A DNA stretch of 64,000 nt from Octopus sinensis (GCF_006345805.1 NC_043000.1:11904001-11968000), one strand, 5' to 3'. Numbered from the stretch's first letter, positions 25,237 to 37,630 are shown. Numbers and translations are program-made. The notes: generated from the letters alone by a model not told the origin.

Positions 25237-25408
25237 ACATATATACGACGGGCTTCTTTCAGTTTCCGTCTACCAAATCCACTCACAAGGCTCTGGTCGG
25301 CCCGAGGCTATAGTAGGAGACACTTGCCCAAGGTGCCACGCAGTGGGACTGAACCCGGAACCATGTGGCTGGTAAACAAGCTACTTACCACACAGCCACT
25401 CCTGCGCC
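24961..25408 (-). mobile_element. SINE family B
   Basis: Full-length copy. Confidence 0.92.
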
Positions 25409-25809
25409 TATCGCAACCACAATCACCATCATAAAGCTGAAGATCCAACCGCCACAAACTGCAGGTTCACAAAAACCCCGAACAAGATTATCCGAGCGAT
25501 CAGTAGAAAAAAAACTCCCTCAGCAGATGTTGAAAGTCTCTATTGACGCTTTAGCATTCGGATTACTCTGTTGCCCCGACTGCTCATTTGTTCACATTGT
25601 TTTGAATTAATCATGTAAATTATTCGAGACTTCGAGACTTCGATGATGTGATCGTTTATTTTTAGAATGACATTGTGAGGTATGTATGAGAAGTTGGAGC
25701 TGGTCAGTTTTAACATGACAAAGGGAGAATATTTGAGTCTGATATGGCACGGGAGACAATTCCAACGAACTAAGTTGATCACATAAATACAAATTTAAGA
25801 TATTTTGTT

Positions 25810-26161
25810 CAATAGTTATCAACCGGAGTTGATATAACCCCTGAGGGTCCAAATAAGATTTGGGGTGAGGGTCCATGCAACAAAATAGTAAATCGGGGAT
25901 TCACATTAGTATTTTAAGGGCCCTTGAAAAGTTTTGTTTTAGATGTATGTATCTGTGTGTTTTGCAAGAAACAACTTAGTTTCTTTCTCTAGCATTTTAC
26001 ATTGTTCAACCTACACAAGTGAATGTGTGAAAAACAAAATTGGAATTTTGAAAGAAGTTTCTATAAAACTAGTTTTTAAACATCGAATGGCTATGGAGGG
26101 TCCACCAGAATAAAATAGTAATCAAAGGAGTCCTTAGATAAAGAATGGTTGAGAACCCCTG
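25810..26161. mobile_element. hAT (Charlie-like) MITE
   Basis: Reverse-complement homologue of 13065-13425; end GGTTGAGAACCCCTG. Confidence 0.8.
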
Positions 26162-26309
26162 ATTATAGAGTCACTATTCCATCAACTAATATCCTACTCA
26201 GACCAATAAGGATTAAATAATCCAAAACGTCCACTGGTTAATCACAGTTGGCTAATAATTCTTTTTACTATCCAAATCCAACTTATCCTTCGTTTATTTT
26301 ATTATATAA

Positions 26310-26708
26310 CTAGCAGTATTGCCCGGCGTTGCTCGGGTTTGTAAGGGAAATAACTATATAAGCATTTTTACAGAGTTATAGCCAAAAAATAGCAAAAAAA
26401 TGCATTAAAAATGGAAAAAAAAATTATGGTAAATTTTTTTTTAAATCGTTGACTCATCGTAGACATTTTTAGAGAGTTACTTCCCTTATATAATAGCGAA
26501 AAAATGCATTAAAATGGAAAAAAATGATGGTAAATTATTTTTAAAATCGTAGACTCATCGTAGACGCGCGCTAATACCCAGAAGGGCTCGATATGAATCA
26601 CGACTATAAGATACCCGGTTTTGGTTAAACTGCACCGCAAAATGTGGGAGTAGTTAGGAATCTAAATCGTAGGAGACAGACACACAACTTCACTTTTATA
26701 TATAAAGA
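26310..26708 (-). mobile_element. Non-autonomous Helitron
   Basis: A|TCTTTATATATAAAAG ... CCCGAGCAACGCCGGG hairpin, CTAG|T. Confidence 0.85.
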
Positions 26709-27190
26709 TACTTCACTTGCATATTTAACTATTGTTATTATTTTTTTGTTTTTTACCCTTTTATCTTCTTTCTTTACCTTTCATGTTACGTCATTTTTAT
26801 ATTACTTTATTGTATCTTTACTAACATCTATAACTCACTAGCTAAATACATAAGCATCAAGAAATATATTCACTTTTGTTCCATAAATTCATAAAGCTGT
26901 GACGAGATTTTACCCTATATAGTTAAAAATGATATCAATTCTTAGCAATTGCTTAGAATTACGTCTCACCCAGGGGCATGAATCGAAACATATATGTAGG
27001 TTTTTGGCATCTGGCGTTTCTTTTCGAGCATTACAATTTATTATTTATTTCTATTCGTTATTCACTTTCCTTATTTTATCGTGTGTCCATTGTCTGGAAA
27101 TCTTTCGTCACACATACGTGACCTTTTCAGTGACCCTTTCCGTCTACGCATATCCTCCTGCTCTGCTTAGTTCATTTTCACACACACACA

Positions 27191-27248
<58 letters not shown>

Positions 27249-28517
27249 CCAAGTTTTCCTTCAGAACATACCACACCACTTTCGAGAAAGAACACATCCT
27301 CTTTCCACCCTTGTCACTCTCGCCGTGTGGAAACCCTTCGATTTTGCATCATCCATTATGGCTATGGCCGATTCTTTGCAGTCACGTGGCTAGAGTGAGT
27401 GCCGCCCGGGAGAGTCCTTGAGTCCGTTGCCCCTCCTCCACTGGGCCCGAGTTTATACAGGGTTGTACATTAGAATTCAAAAGTGCCGCCCTCATAAAAT
27501 CATCGCCCAGGGCGGACCCACCTTTTCCCCAAGCTTTTTCTCAGAACATCGGCTCACTAGAATCCTCTCCCTAACCATGTCTTTCACGCCAATGTTGACG
27601 GAATGTTTTAACGGAATGTTTATAGTAACAAGCTCACCGGTCTCTGAGAGCCAGCAAAAGTCAAAGGTCAAAGGGCACCGGTAATGATCGTTTGTCCAGA
27701 TTTAACGAGAAAACAATGGGTTTCTTGTATATGGAAAAATATTGGGGTGGTTGTAGCTTTATACAGGTCTGACAAATCATACTAGTCAGAACTGCACTTC
27801 AACAACCGACGCCATACACTTCGTCCCTCCCCCTCGCCATCACAGACCATTACTTTAACACATTCACGCACTACATTCCTAACACCACCACCACCGCACC
27901 ACATCTTACCAGTTTATCCACCCAGCCAAAGAGGAGGTCTTTTAAGATGTCGCTCCTTCTGCTAGAAATCTCAGCCAAAACTTAAATAAGGATGGTGCAT
28001 CTGATAATGTTGTCTCATGTATAACGATGAAACTTTAATTTAAGAAAAAAAAAAAAAATTGGGGATAGAAAGCTGCATGCGGAACTTGAACTCGCATCAT
28101 TTGTAGACATGACAGAACATCCTACCATTGGACCAAATCAAATTTGTCCTCAGCTTTCCATCTTTAGAAACTTTATTCTTAGCAGCGAGAATTATATGTT
28201 GTTACATCATGAAGTTCCAGAAATTTCGAGATACGTAAAATAATTCGTTGTTAAAGGTGGAAATCGTTGCACAAGAAATTCGAATGATTGTTTTGATCCA
28301 ACTGTAGAACGTCTGCTATGTTTACAGAAGACTTCTTCGACACAAAGTGTTTTTTAACTCCATTATTATTTTAACTCTTATTATCTATAGTTTTATTTAC
28401 TGTGTTCCACTATTAAAAGCGAATTATTTCACTTCCGTCGAAGTTTCTGAATTTTTTTGCCGTAATCATCATCGAGCAAGTCTGTTTGTTTCTTTCCACT
28501 GTTATAAGAATTAACGT

Positions 28518-28896
28518 GGAGGCGCAATGGCCCAGTGGTTAGGGCAGCGGACTCGCGGTCATAGGATCGCGGTTTCGATTCCCAGACCGGGCGTTGTGAG
28601 TGTTTATTGAGCGAAAACACCTAAAAGCTCCACGAGGCTCCGGCAGGAGATGGTGGTGATCCCTGCTGTACTCTTTCACCACAACTTTCTCTTACTTCCT
28701 GTTTCTGTTGTACCTGTATTTCAAAGGGCCGGCCTTGTCACTCTCTGTGTCACGCTGAATATCCCCGAGAACTACGTTACGGGTACACGTGTCTGTGGAG
28801 TGCTCAGCCACTTACACGTTAATTTCACGAGCAGGCTGTTCCGTTGATTCGGATCAACCGGAACCCTCGTCGTCGTAACAGACGGAGTGCTTCCAC
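28518..28896 (+). mobile_element. SINE family C
   Basis: Near-identical to 11042; TSD ATA(A/G)GAATTAAC. Confidence 0.92.
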
Positions 28897-28961
28897 ATAG
28901 GAATTAACACAAAAGATAATTTTATCGTAGCGTTTTATTGCTTTTTATAGTTCTTTTCGTA

Positions 28962-29277
28962 CTAGCTTAGTGGTCAGGGTTTTCGGCTCACAATCATAAG
29001 ATTGTGAGTTCGATACCAAGCGGCGCTTTGTGTCCTTAAGCAAGACATTTTATTTCACGTTGCTATAACCAACCCAGCTCGCAAAAATGAGTGGTACTTG
29101 TAATACAAAGGGCCAGCCTTGTCACATTCTGTGTCACGCTGAATCCCCTTGAGAAGTACATTAGGGGTACACGTGTCTGTGGAGTGCTCAACCACTTGAA
29201 CGTTAATTTCATGAGCAGGCTGTTCCGTTGATCGGATCGACTGGGACCCCCGTCGTCTTAACTGACGGAGTGCCAAC
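28962..29277 (+). mobile_element. SINE C/D variant
   Basis: D-like 5' half, C-like 3' tail. Confidence 0.75.
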
Positions 29278-29364
29278 TGATTATACTTCCACAAGTCCTT
29301 TTTATCGTTTTTGAAATTTGAATAAATTTTACTTCTTTTCAAATATATGACAATAGAAAGCTAA

Positions 29365-29780
29365 GGCGGCGAGCTGGCAGAAACGTTAGCACGCCGGGCG
29401 AAATGCTAAGCCGTATTTCGTCTGCCGCTACGTTCTGAGTTCAAATTCCGCTGAGGTCGACTTTGCCTTTCATCCTTTCGGGGTCGATTAAATAAGTACC
29501 AGTTACGCACTGGGGTCGATATAATCGACTTAATCCGTTTGTCTGTCCTTGTTTGTCCTCTCTGTGTTTAGCCCCTTGTGGGCAGTAAAGAAATAGGTAT
29601 TTCACCTGCCGTTACGTTCTGAGTTCAAATTCCGCCGAGGTCGACTTTGCCTTTTATCCTTTCGGGATCGATTAAATAAGTACCAGTTACGCACTGGGGT
29701 CGATATAATCGACTTAATCCCTTTGTCTGTCCTTGTTTGTCCCCTCTGTGTTTAACCTCTTGTGGGCAATAAAGAAATAA
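29365..29780 (+). mobile_element. SINE family A tandem dimer
   Basis: Two units; TSD AGAAAGCTAAG. Confidence 0.9.
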
Positions 29781-29797
29781 GAAAGCTAAGCAGAAAA

Positions 29798-30160
29798 ATG
29801 AAAAAACATGAGCATTTTCAATACCTGTTTTCTCTTCGCTCTCAGTCAAAGTTCCAAAACTGCCAGAGTGACCTCGAGACATTTGATCTGTGTGGAGAGA
29901 ATGCGCTATTACTGAAAGAACTGCAAAGGAATGATTTTTCATGCTTCAAGAGGGGGAAATTCGATTTCACAAATCCTCCGAGTTCCGGCAGAGCTGTTCA
30001 ATCAGATGAGGAGGATTGAACGAGATCATTCACTCGAATCGGTGCCAATCCACAGGGAAATTGGCACAAAAGATGAAGTAGTGTCATGACACGGTCTCCT
30101 GTCACTTTTATTCGATGGGTAAGTTCCAAAATGCTCAGTGCATGGATGCCACACGCTAAT
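29798..30160 (+). pseudogene. Degenerate mariner transposase N-terminus
   Basis: FSCFKRGKFDFTNPPSSGRAVQSDEE (HTH linker) and AWMPHA (WVPHxL motif), with frameshifts. Confidence 0.7.
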
Positions 30161-30351
30161 AACGATTAAAATGATTGGGAAAAAACGAACGAATTTATTC
30201 GACAATATGATTGACTCTGATAAGAACAAAGCTTCTGAAATAAACGAAGAAATTCTAAGAATTGGTTTGGTCCAATGGGATGACATAGAAAAAGAAAACG
30301 GGAAAAGTTGTAACATCGACTGCGGGATCGAACATCGGGCTCGCTGTAAAC

Positions 30352-30580
30352 CTATTTCTTTATTACCCACAAGGGGCTAAACACAGAGGGGACAAACAAG
30401 GACGGACATAGGTATTAAATCGATTACATCGACCCCAGTGCGTAACTGGTACTTAATTTATCGACCCCGAAAGGATGAAAGGCCAAGTCGACCTCGGCGG
30501 AATTTGAACTCACAACGTAACGGCAGACGAAATACCGCTAAGCATTTCGCCCGGCGTGCTAACGATTCTGCCAGCTCGCT
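30352..30580 (-). mobile_element. SINE family A
   Basis: Flanked by duplicated GCTCGCTGTAAACC. Confidence 0.9.
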
Positions 30581-30849
30581 GTAAACCGTACAGATGCACG
30601 CGCGCACGCACGCACAGACCCACTTACACACACATCACACACACACACACACACACACATAAGCAATATGTATGTGAATGTGTAGCAGTGTTGTAAGAAG
30701 TTTGCCTACCAACCACATAGTTCAGTCCCACTGCGTGAAATCTCGCACAGGTGTTTCCTACTATAGTTCCGGGTCGACCAAAGCCTTGTGAGCGTATTTG
30801 GTACAAGGAAATAGATGCCCATCGCGCGTGTATATACACAGAGTAATAT

Positions 30850-31150
30850 TAGACACTCTTAAGATGGAGTACTCTTCTTATTGATTTTTACACAAATTAA
30901 TTCTGTGTTTCCGTATACATTCGCTGCTTTCTTCCAAGGAATCTAGTGATCTTAGCTTAGATTTTCCTTGGGGTTAACCAGATTGGAGCAGTCTCGAGTA
31001 TAAGCAGCCGAAACTACAAAGATAATATGGAACTCGACTGACGAATGAAAACTCCGAATGACCCGTCCTTGCTTTTTCTTGTCCCTTTTTGTATCATCTA
31101 TCTGGATGTCTTGTCGCCTGTTTCGTTCTTGTCCCATTGTTTTGTATTCT
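30850..31150 (+). mobile_element. Copy of the structured repeat module seen at 1-240
   Basis: CTTCCAAGGAATCTAG...GATTGGAGCAGTCTCGAG...CTGACGA...GACCCGTCC. Confidence 0.65.
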
Positions 31151-31210
31151 TATAAATATATATATATATATATATATATACGAGAAAAAAGCAACAAGAA
31201 TGGATTAGTT

Positions 31211-31301
31211 TTTCAGTACAATTGTTTCATACGAAGACAAGCTTTATTAAAAGCGGCAAATATTGCAGCAAATACAAGTGTCCCGTACTCATCAGCCAAA
31301 A
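31211..31301 (-). ncRNA. Type-I hammerhead ribozyme with extended stem II
   Basis: Mirror copy of 31575-31665; core intact. Confidence 0.75.
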
Positions 31302-31574
31302 CACATATGAGTTCTCCAAGCATCCTAGTGGGTGAGGCTACACCCATGAAGTATCGGAGATAGTTCTATAAAAAGCAAATTTAGGTTGTAAGCAGACTTC
31401 CAAAGTTCTCTAATGATGATGCACAAGCTTTTTAAAGCCTGTTATAAGACTGTGCATCATCATTAGAGAACTTTGGAAGTCTGCTTACAACCTAAATTTG
31501 CTTTTTATAAAACTATCTCCGACACTTCATGAGTGTAGCCTCACCCACTAGGATGCTTGGAGAACTCATATGTG

Positions 31575-31665
31575 TTTTGGCTGATGAGTACGGGATACTT
31601 GTATTTGCTGCAATATTTGCAGCTTTTAATAAAGCTTGTCTTCGTATGAAACAATTGTACTGAAA
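31575..31665 (+). ncRNA. Type-I hammerhead ribozyme with extended stem II
   Basis: TTTTGG-CTGATGA-GTACGGG...TTCGTAT-GAAA-CAATTG-TA-CTGAAA; palindromic ACAATTGT stem III. Confidence 0.78.
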
Positions 31666-31813
31666 AACTAATCCATTCTTGTTGCTTTTTTCTCGTTTAT
31701 AATCACCCCACATTATTGTATGGTTAATACCATATAGTTTTCTGGTGCATCTAAGTTAAGTACTGCATTCAAGTGAATTATTGAATAGAACTCACTTGAA
31801 TCTTAATTGCTTT

Positions 31814-31865
<52 letters not shown>

Positions 31866-32006
31866 TATGAGAGAGTAACCACTATGTGGTCGACTCTAGT
31901 GCTAAAAATAGATCCACTATGGTATAGCCACTAAAAGTTGTTTCCAAGGAGAAATAAAACAACATTTAACGTGGGGCAAGTGAAAAATAACGAAAAAATA
32001 GATTAA

Positions 32007-32079
32007 CCCTGGACAATTGTTTCATTATTAATGTAAATGCAATTTTTACTTACACAACATCCATAAGTCATCAGCAGGA
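32007..32079 (-). ncRNA. Type-I hammerhead ribozyme with extended stem II
   Basis: Mirror copy of 32761-32833. Confidence 0.75.
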
Positions 32080-32296
32080 GTTTGTCTTAAATACAATTTA
32101 TTAAATCGCTCGTTAAATTTCGATGCAGCGCCAAATACACGTGCGGTTCAATCAATTGTATTAGCAGCTATGATTCAAATTCTCCCGCCAAAAGTGTGAT
32201 AAGACTTCTGGAAACGAATACCGCATAAAATATTTACTGCAGCATAATTAAATTTATAAATGAGGGTGAAAAATTTGATATTAATTTAATAATGCC

Positions 32297-32501
32297 TATT
32301 TCTTTATTACCCACGAGGGGCTAAACATAGAGGGGACAAACAAGGACAGACATAGGTATTAAGTCGATTACATCGACCCCCAGTGCGTAACTGGTGCTTA
32401 ATTTATCGACCCCGAAAGGATGAAAGGCAAAGTCGACCTCGGCGGAATTTGAACTCAAAGCATTTCGCCCGGCGTGCTAACGCTTCTGCCAGCTCGCCGC
32501 C
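32297..32501 (-). mobile_element. SINE family A inserted in the HHR element
   Basis: TSD TTAATTTAATAAT(G/A)CC. Confidence 0.92.
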
Positions 32502-32760
32502 TTAATTTAATAATACCATCAATTTAACACCAAGTGGCTTGATGGTATTATAAAATTAATATCAAATTTTTCACCCTCATTTATAAATTTAATTATACTG
32601 CAGTAAGTATTTTATGCGGTATTCGTTTCCAGAAGTCTTATCACACTTTTGGCGGAAGAATTTGAATCATAGCTGCTAATACAATTGATTGAACCGCACG
32701 TGTATTTGACGCTGCGTCGAAATTTAACGAGCGATTTAATAAATTGTATTTAAGACAAAC

Positions 32761-32833
32761 TCCTGCTGATGACTTATGGATGTTGTGTAAGTAAAAATTG
32801 CATTTACATTAATAATGAAACAATTGTCCAGGG
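32761..32833 (+). ncRNA. Type-I hammerhead ribozyme with extended stem II
   Basis: TCCTG-CTGATGA-CTTAT...ATAAT-GAAA-CAATTG-TC-CAGGG; GUC triplet. Confidence 0.78.
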
Positions 32834-33074
32834 TTAATTTATTTTTTCGTTATTTTTCACTTGCCCCACGTTAAATGTTGTTTTATTTCTCCTTGGAAAC
32901 AACTTTTAGTGGCTATACCATAGTGGATCTATTTTTAGCACTAGAGTCGACCACATAGTGGTTACTCTCTCATATTTATGTATAAATTTGTATTGTATCC
33001 CTGGTTTTTATGTGCTAAGCCACTTGGTGTTAAATTGATGGTATTATTAAATTAATATCAAATTTTTCACCCTC

Positions 33075-33170
<96 letters not shown>

Positions 33171-33494
33171 CACACACACACACACACACACAAATACACA
33201 CATACATCCATATACATATATATATACAAATACATATAAACATGCTTATATCTATGTGTATTTGTGTGTGTATATGTGTGTGTGTGTGTGCGTGCGTGTA
33301 TCATTTGCATGTCTCTGGAGCTTTATTTATTTGAATAGCACAATTTTTAATGTGGTATAATACATCCATTGCATGAACCAATTGTTCTCAAGCGCTACTC
33401 CACAAAGAGTATCTTCGGCGAGCCGTGGATTTTAAAAACTGATTTAAAGCTTCAGAAAATCAAGAGGGTCTCGGAAAACATCTTATTGTCTGCT

Positions 33495-33535
33495 ACTGAC
33501 TGAAGAGGCGAACTCACGCCGAAACAGTGTCTAGT
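33495..33535 (+). ncRNA. Minimal type-I hammerhead ribozyme motif
   Basis: ACTGA-CTGAAGA-GGCG-AACTCA-CGCC-GAAA-CAGTG-TC-TAGT; perfect stem II, intact core, bulged stem I. Confidence 0.7.
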
Positions 33536-33894
33536 TCGTTGACGTCACTTGAAGCACGTCTCAATGTGTTTTTACACAAGTGTATGTAGATGTGTATAAA
33601 TATAAACAAACTTATATTTGTTTTTATTAGAGGCGTCGAAATGTATATCGTACGATACAAGCAAGAAGATATTTATTTCAAACGCAGTATTGCTGTTAGA
33701 ACAGCAGAAATAATGGGTGAATTACCCTTACAAGGTGGAAAAAGTTGTCAACAAACAGCGAAGGGACTCGAACCCACATCCAAGACTTCGGCTAAGTGCT
33801 TTACCATTAAGCAAAACTGCCCGCTGACAAATTCATGTTTTCTACGAAGACAATATCGCACAGCAAATGTCTTAGACGTTCTATTGTGAAAGAA

Positions 33895-34298
33895 CTCTTT
33901 TATTCTTTTACTTGTTTCAATCATTTGACTGTGGCCATGCTGGAGCACCGCCTTTAGTCGAGCAAATCGACCACAGGACTTATTCTTTGTAAGCCTAGTA
34001 CTTATTCTATCGGTTCTCTTTTGCCGAACTGTTAAGTTACGGGGACGTAAACACACCAGCATCGGTTGTCAAGCGACGCTAGCGGGGGGGGGGGGAACAA
34101 ACACAGACACACAAACATAAACATATACATATATACGACGGGCTTCTTTCAGTTTCCGTCTACTAAATCTACTCACAAGGCTTTGGTTGGCCCAAGGCTT
34201 TAGTAAAAGACACTTGCCCAAGGTGCCACGCAGTGGGACTGAACCCGGAATCATGTGGTTGGTAAGCAAGCTACTTACCACACAGTCACTCCTACGCC
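33895..34298 (-). mobile_element. SINE family B
   Basis: Full-length copy. Confidence 0.9.
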
Positions 34299-34849
34299 TA
34301 CAAAAATAACGTACACAAGTTTATTATGTAATGCTAATAAGTTTCTTATACCCAAAATAATTATGCTTCTGATCCGAAATAGTTTTCTATAATTAAAAAA
34401 AAATTCATTTTAACAGATAATGATTTTTTAATTATCCATACGAAGTGCAGCAGTAATTTTTTTTACTATTTTACATAGAAAATGAACTAGGATTTATTCT
34501 TTTACTTGATATCCAAAAAGATGGTTAAAAAGATGCCGAATCACTGACATTAGCTAATATTTTCATCAGAATTTAAGGCGGCGAGCTGGCAGAACCGTTA
34601 GCACGTCGGTTAACACGTCTGGCGGTATTTCGTCCTTCATAATGTTCTCAGTTCAAAGTTCACGGAGGTCAACATTACCTTTCATCTTTTTGGAGGCGAT
34701 AAAATAAGTACCATTTAAGTAGTGGGGCGGGGTGATGTAATCGACCTATCCCCCTCTCCGAAATTGTTGGACTTGTTGCCAAAATATGAAATCAGTATTT
34801 GCATCGGAATGTATTTTGATATATGTTCGAGAGTCCCTACGTACGAATT

Positions 34850-34950
34850 TTGAGCGAATTTTGAGCATAAAAAGAATTGCAGCAAAATTTGTGCCTCGCT
34901 TGCTCGTAGATCAAAAGCAGTTACGGTTGAATGCGTGTCGTGAACTGAAA
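34850..34950 (+). pseudogene. Mariner transposase fragment
   Basis: LSIKRIAAKFVPRLL..DQKQLRLNACRELK. Confidence 0.7.
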
Positions 34951-35704
34951 GTTACGGGGATGTAGCACACCAGCATCGATTGTCAAACGATGTGGGGGGG
35001 GGGGGCAGACACACACATATATACGACGGGCTTCTTTTGAGTTTCCGTCTAGCAAATCCACTCACTAGGTTTTGGTCGGCCCGAGGCTATAGTAGAAGAC
35101 ACTTGCCCAAGGTGCCACGCAGTGGGACTAACCCAGAACCATGTGGTTGGTAAGCAAGCTACTTAGCACACAGCCTATATATATATCCTATATATGTATG
35201 TATGTGTGTGTGTATTTATTTGTATACGTATGTATTTGTCTATATTCATGTATGTATAAACAATTTTATAAACAAACTTTAAGCACCGAATGAGTTAGTA
35301 TTTTGCAGAAAATAGAGGAAATTTCGAACACAGAATAGCAGTGAGAACAGCTTAGAAAATTGGGTAAACATCCTTGTACTGGGTTCGATTTTCTGTAGCA
35401 ACTGCTGGCCACTTTCCCCACCGTTGTCTAAAAGTATTTACCCGATCTTTTAGTATGTATTTATGTGTCTACGAACCTATTTATAGCTTCTCTTTACTAG
35501 TTGAAATCTTCAAATCCTTAGTTCTACTTCATTGATTTTGATACACTTATGTAACAGAGTGTTATATATGTAGTTTTTGTATACTGACATATATCTCACC
35601 ACTTGAAACACAAACAACTTTGTATATCTTTAGTATTTCTGTTATATCTCGCTTTCAAATTTCTGTACTATTATAAGCATCTATCAATAACAACAGATAT
35701 TTTA

Positions 35705-35784
35705 CTTTTGATGAAATGACGTCTGCAGAAAGATTACGTAAGGTAAATACAATGATTGTGTGACTCACTGAAACACGCGTAAAG
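35705..35784 (+). ncRNA. Degenerate type-I hammerhead motif with long stem II
   Basis: CTT-TTGATGA-AATGACGTC...GACTCACT-GAAA-CACGCG-TA-AAG; C3 to T change. Confidence 0.5.
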
Positions 35785-35973
35785 ATGCTATAAATAAATA
35801 AGTTTACACAATATTCTCATGCCTTGTACATATCTCATATCCGCACTCTGTTATATCCGACGAGCCAGATACACAGAATTATCAATGTAATAATGCTAAA
35901 TTGGAGTTGGTTCGTATGGAGTTCTAACACATTGGTTATATGTTGGGCATTTTAAAAGCAACTTTGAGCATTA

Positions 35974-36029
35974 ACATTTCTGATGAGTCATTGAAGAAGC
36001 GAAAGCAGAGTTTCTTTGCTAAAAAATGT
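35974..36029 (+). ncRNA. Type-I hammerhead motif with 7-bp stem III
   Basis: ACATTT-CTGATGA-GTCATTGAAGAAGC-GAAA-GCAGAG-TTT-CTTTGC-TA-AAAAATGT; weak stem II. Confidence 0.6.
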
Positions 36030-36135
36030 ATCTGTAAAATATAACAATTTGCTTCCTCTATGGTTACCGATCACCTGTATAGAGTTCCCATTAAATTTCT
36101 GATTTCATTGATCTTTGATTATATATATGTATATA

Positions 36136-36139
<4 letters not shown>

Positions 36140-36171
<32 letters not shown>

Positions 36172-36280
36172 TGTATGTATGTATGTATGTATGTATGTAT
36201 GTATGTATGTATGTATGTATGATGTATGTATGATGTATGTATGTATGTATGTATGTATGTATGTATGTATGTATGTATGA
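36140..36280. repeat. (ATGT)n microsatellite
   Basis: Direct. Confidence 0.95.
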
Positions 36281-36299
36281 ATATATTCTATTATTCTAT

Positions 36300-37010
36300 T
36301 ATTCTTTTACTTGATTCAGTCATCTGACTGCAGCCATGCTGGAGTACCGCCTTTTAGTCGAAGAAATCCACCTCAGGACTTATTTTTTGTAAGGCTGGTA
36401 CTCATCCTATCGATCTCTTTTGCTGAATCGCTAGTTTACGCTAGGTTACGGGGACGTAAACACAGCAACATCGGTTCTCAAGCGATGGTGTGGGGAACAG
36501 ACACAAAGACACCCACCCATAAACATATGCATAGTGCTCCAGCATGGCCGCAGTCAAATGACTGAAACAAGTAAAGGAAGAAAATGTGTGTGTGCGTGCG
36601 TATATATATATATATAGGCGTAGGAGTGGCTGTGTGCTAAGTAGCTTGTTTACCAACCACATGGTTCCGGGTTCAGTCCCACTACGTGGCACCTTGGGCA
36701 AGTGTCTTCTACTATAGCCTCGGGCCGACCAAAGTCTTGTGAGTGGATTTGGTAGACGGAAACTGAAAGAAGCCCGTCGTATTTATGTATATATATATAT
36801 ATGCGTGGGTGTGTTTGTGTGTTTGCTTGACAACCGATGCTAGTGTGTTTGCGTCCCCGTTACTTAGCGGTTCGGCCAAAGGGACCGATAGAATAAGTAC
36901 TGGGCTTACAAAAGAATAAGTCCCGGGGTCGAGTTGCTCGATTAAAAAAAAGGCGGTGCTCCAGCATGGCCGCAGTCAAATGACTGAAACAAGTAAGAGA
37001 ATAAAAGAGT
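36300..37010. mobile_element. Cluster of family B SINEs (minus partial 36300-36530; plus 36617-37010)
   Basis: Homology to 22011-22421. Confidence 0.85.
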
Positions 37011-37225
37011 ATATATAAATATATATATATAACAAGTGAAAGCAATGGTACATAGGTAATCGTTTTTTATTTTGTATATTTTCATTTGTCTTACTTATTT
37101 TTTACATTTTGGCTTTTTGTTGGGATTTTTCTTGAGAATACATTCTTCGTGGTAATGGCGATTTGACGACTATGTTTAGCATATAGGCTGTCCACTTTAG
37201 TGGTCTGCCCTCAAAATTTTGTGTA

Positions 37226-37630
37226 TACTCTTTTACTCTTTTACTTGTTTCAGTCATTTGACTGCGGCCATGCTGGAGCACCGCCTTAAATCGAGCAACT
37301 CGACCCCAGGACTTATTCTTTTGTAAGCCCAATACTTATTCTATCGGTCTCTTTTGCCGAACCGCTAAGAAACGGGGACATAAACACACCAGCATCGGTT
37401 GTCAAGCAATGCTAGGGAGACAATCACAGACACACAAACACACACACGCATATATATATATATACATATATACGACGGGCTTCTTTCAGTTTCCGTCTAC
37501 CAAATCCACTCACAATTTTTTGGTCGGCCCGAGGCTATAGCAGAAGACACTTGCCCAAGGTGGTGCTACGCAGTGGGACTGAACCTGGAACCATGTGGTT
37601 GGTAAACAAGCTACTTACCACACAGCCACT
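37226..37630 (-). mobile_element. SINE family B
   Basis: Homology to family B. Confidence 0.9.

Larger units (their letters stand above)
31181..31815. mobile_element. Long inverted-repeat HHR element (arms about 255 bp)
   Basis: 31181-~31437 is the reverse complement of ~31442-31695 with few mismatches; (TA)n on both flanks. Confidence 0.85.
31862..33080. mobile_element. Inverted plus partially tandem HHR element (496-bp unit), Penelope pLTR or retrozyme-like
   Basis: Left arm 31862-32540 (with SINE insertion) is inverted relative to 32541-32977; the unit start recurs at 33017-33080; (TA)n flanks. Confidence 0.85.

Noticed and set aside
35865-35920. CCGACGA-GCCA...TGGTT HHR-like start
   Set aside because: No GAAA or stem III follows
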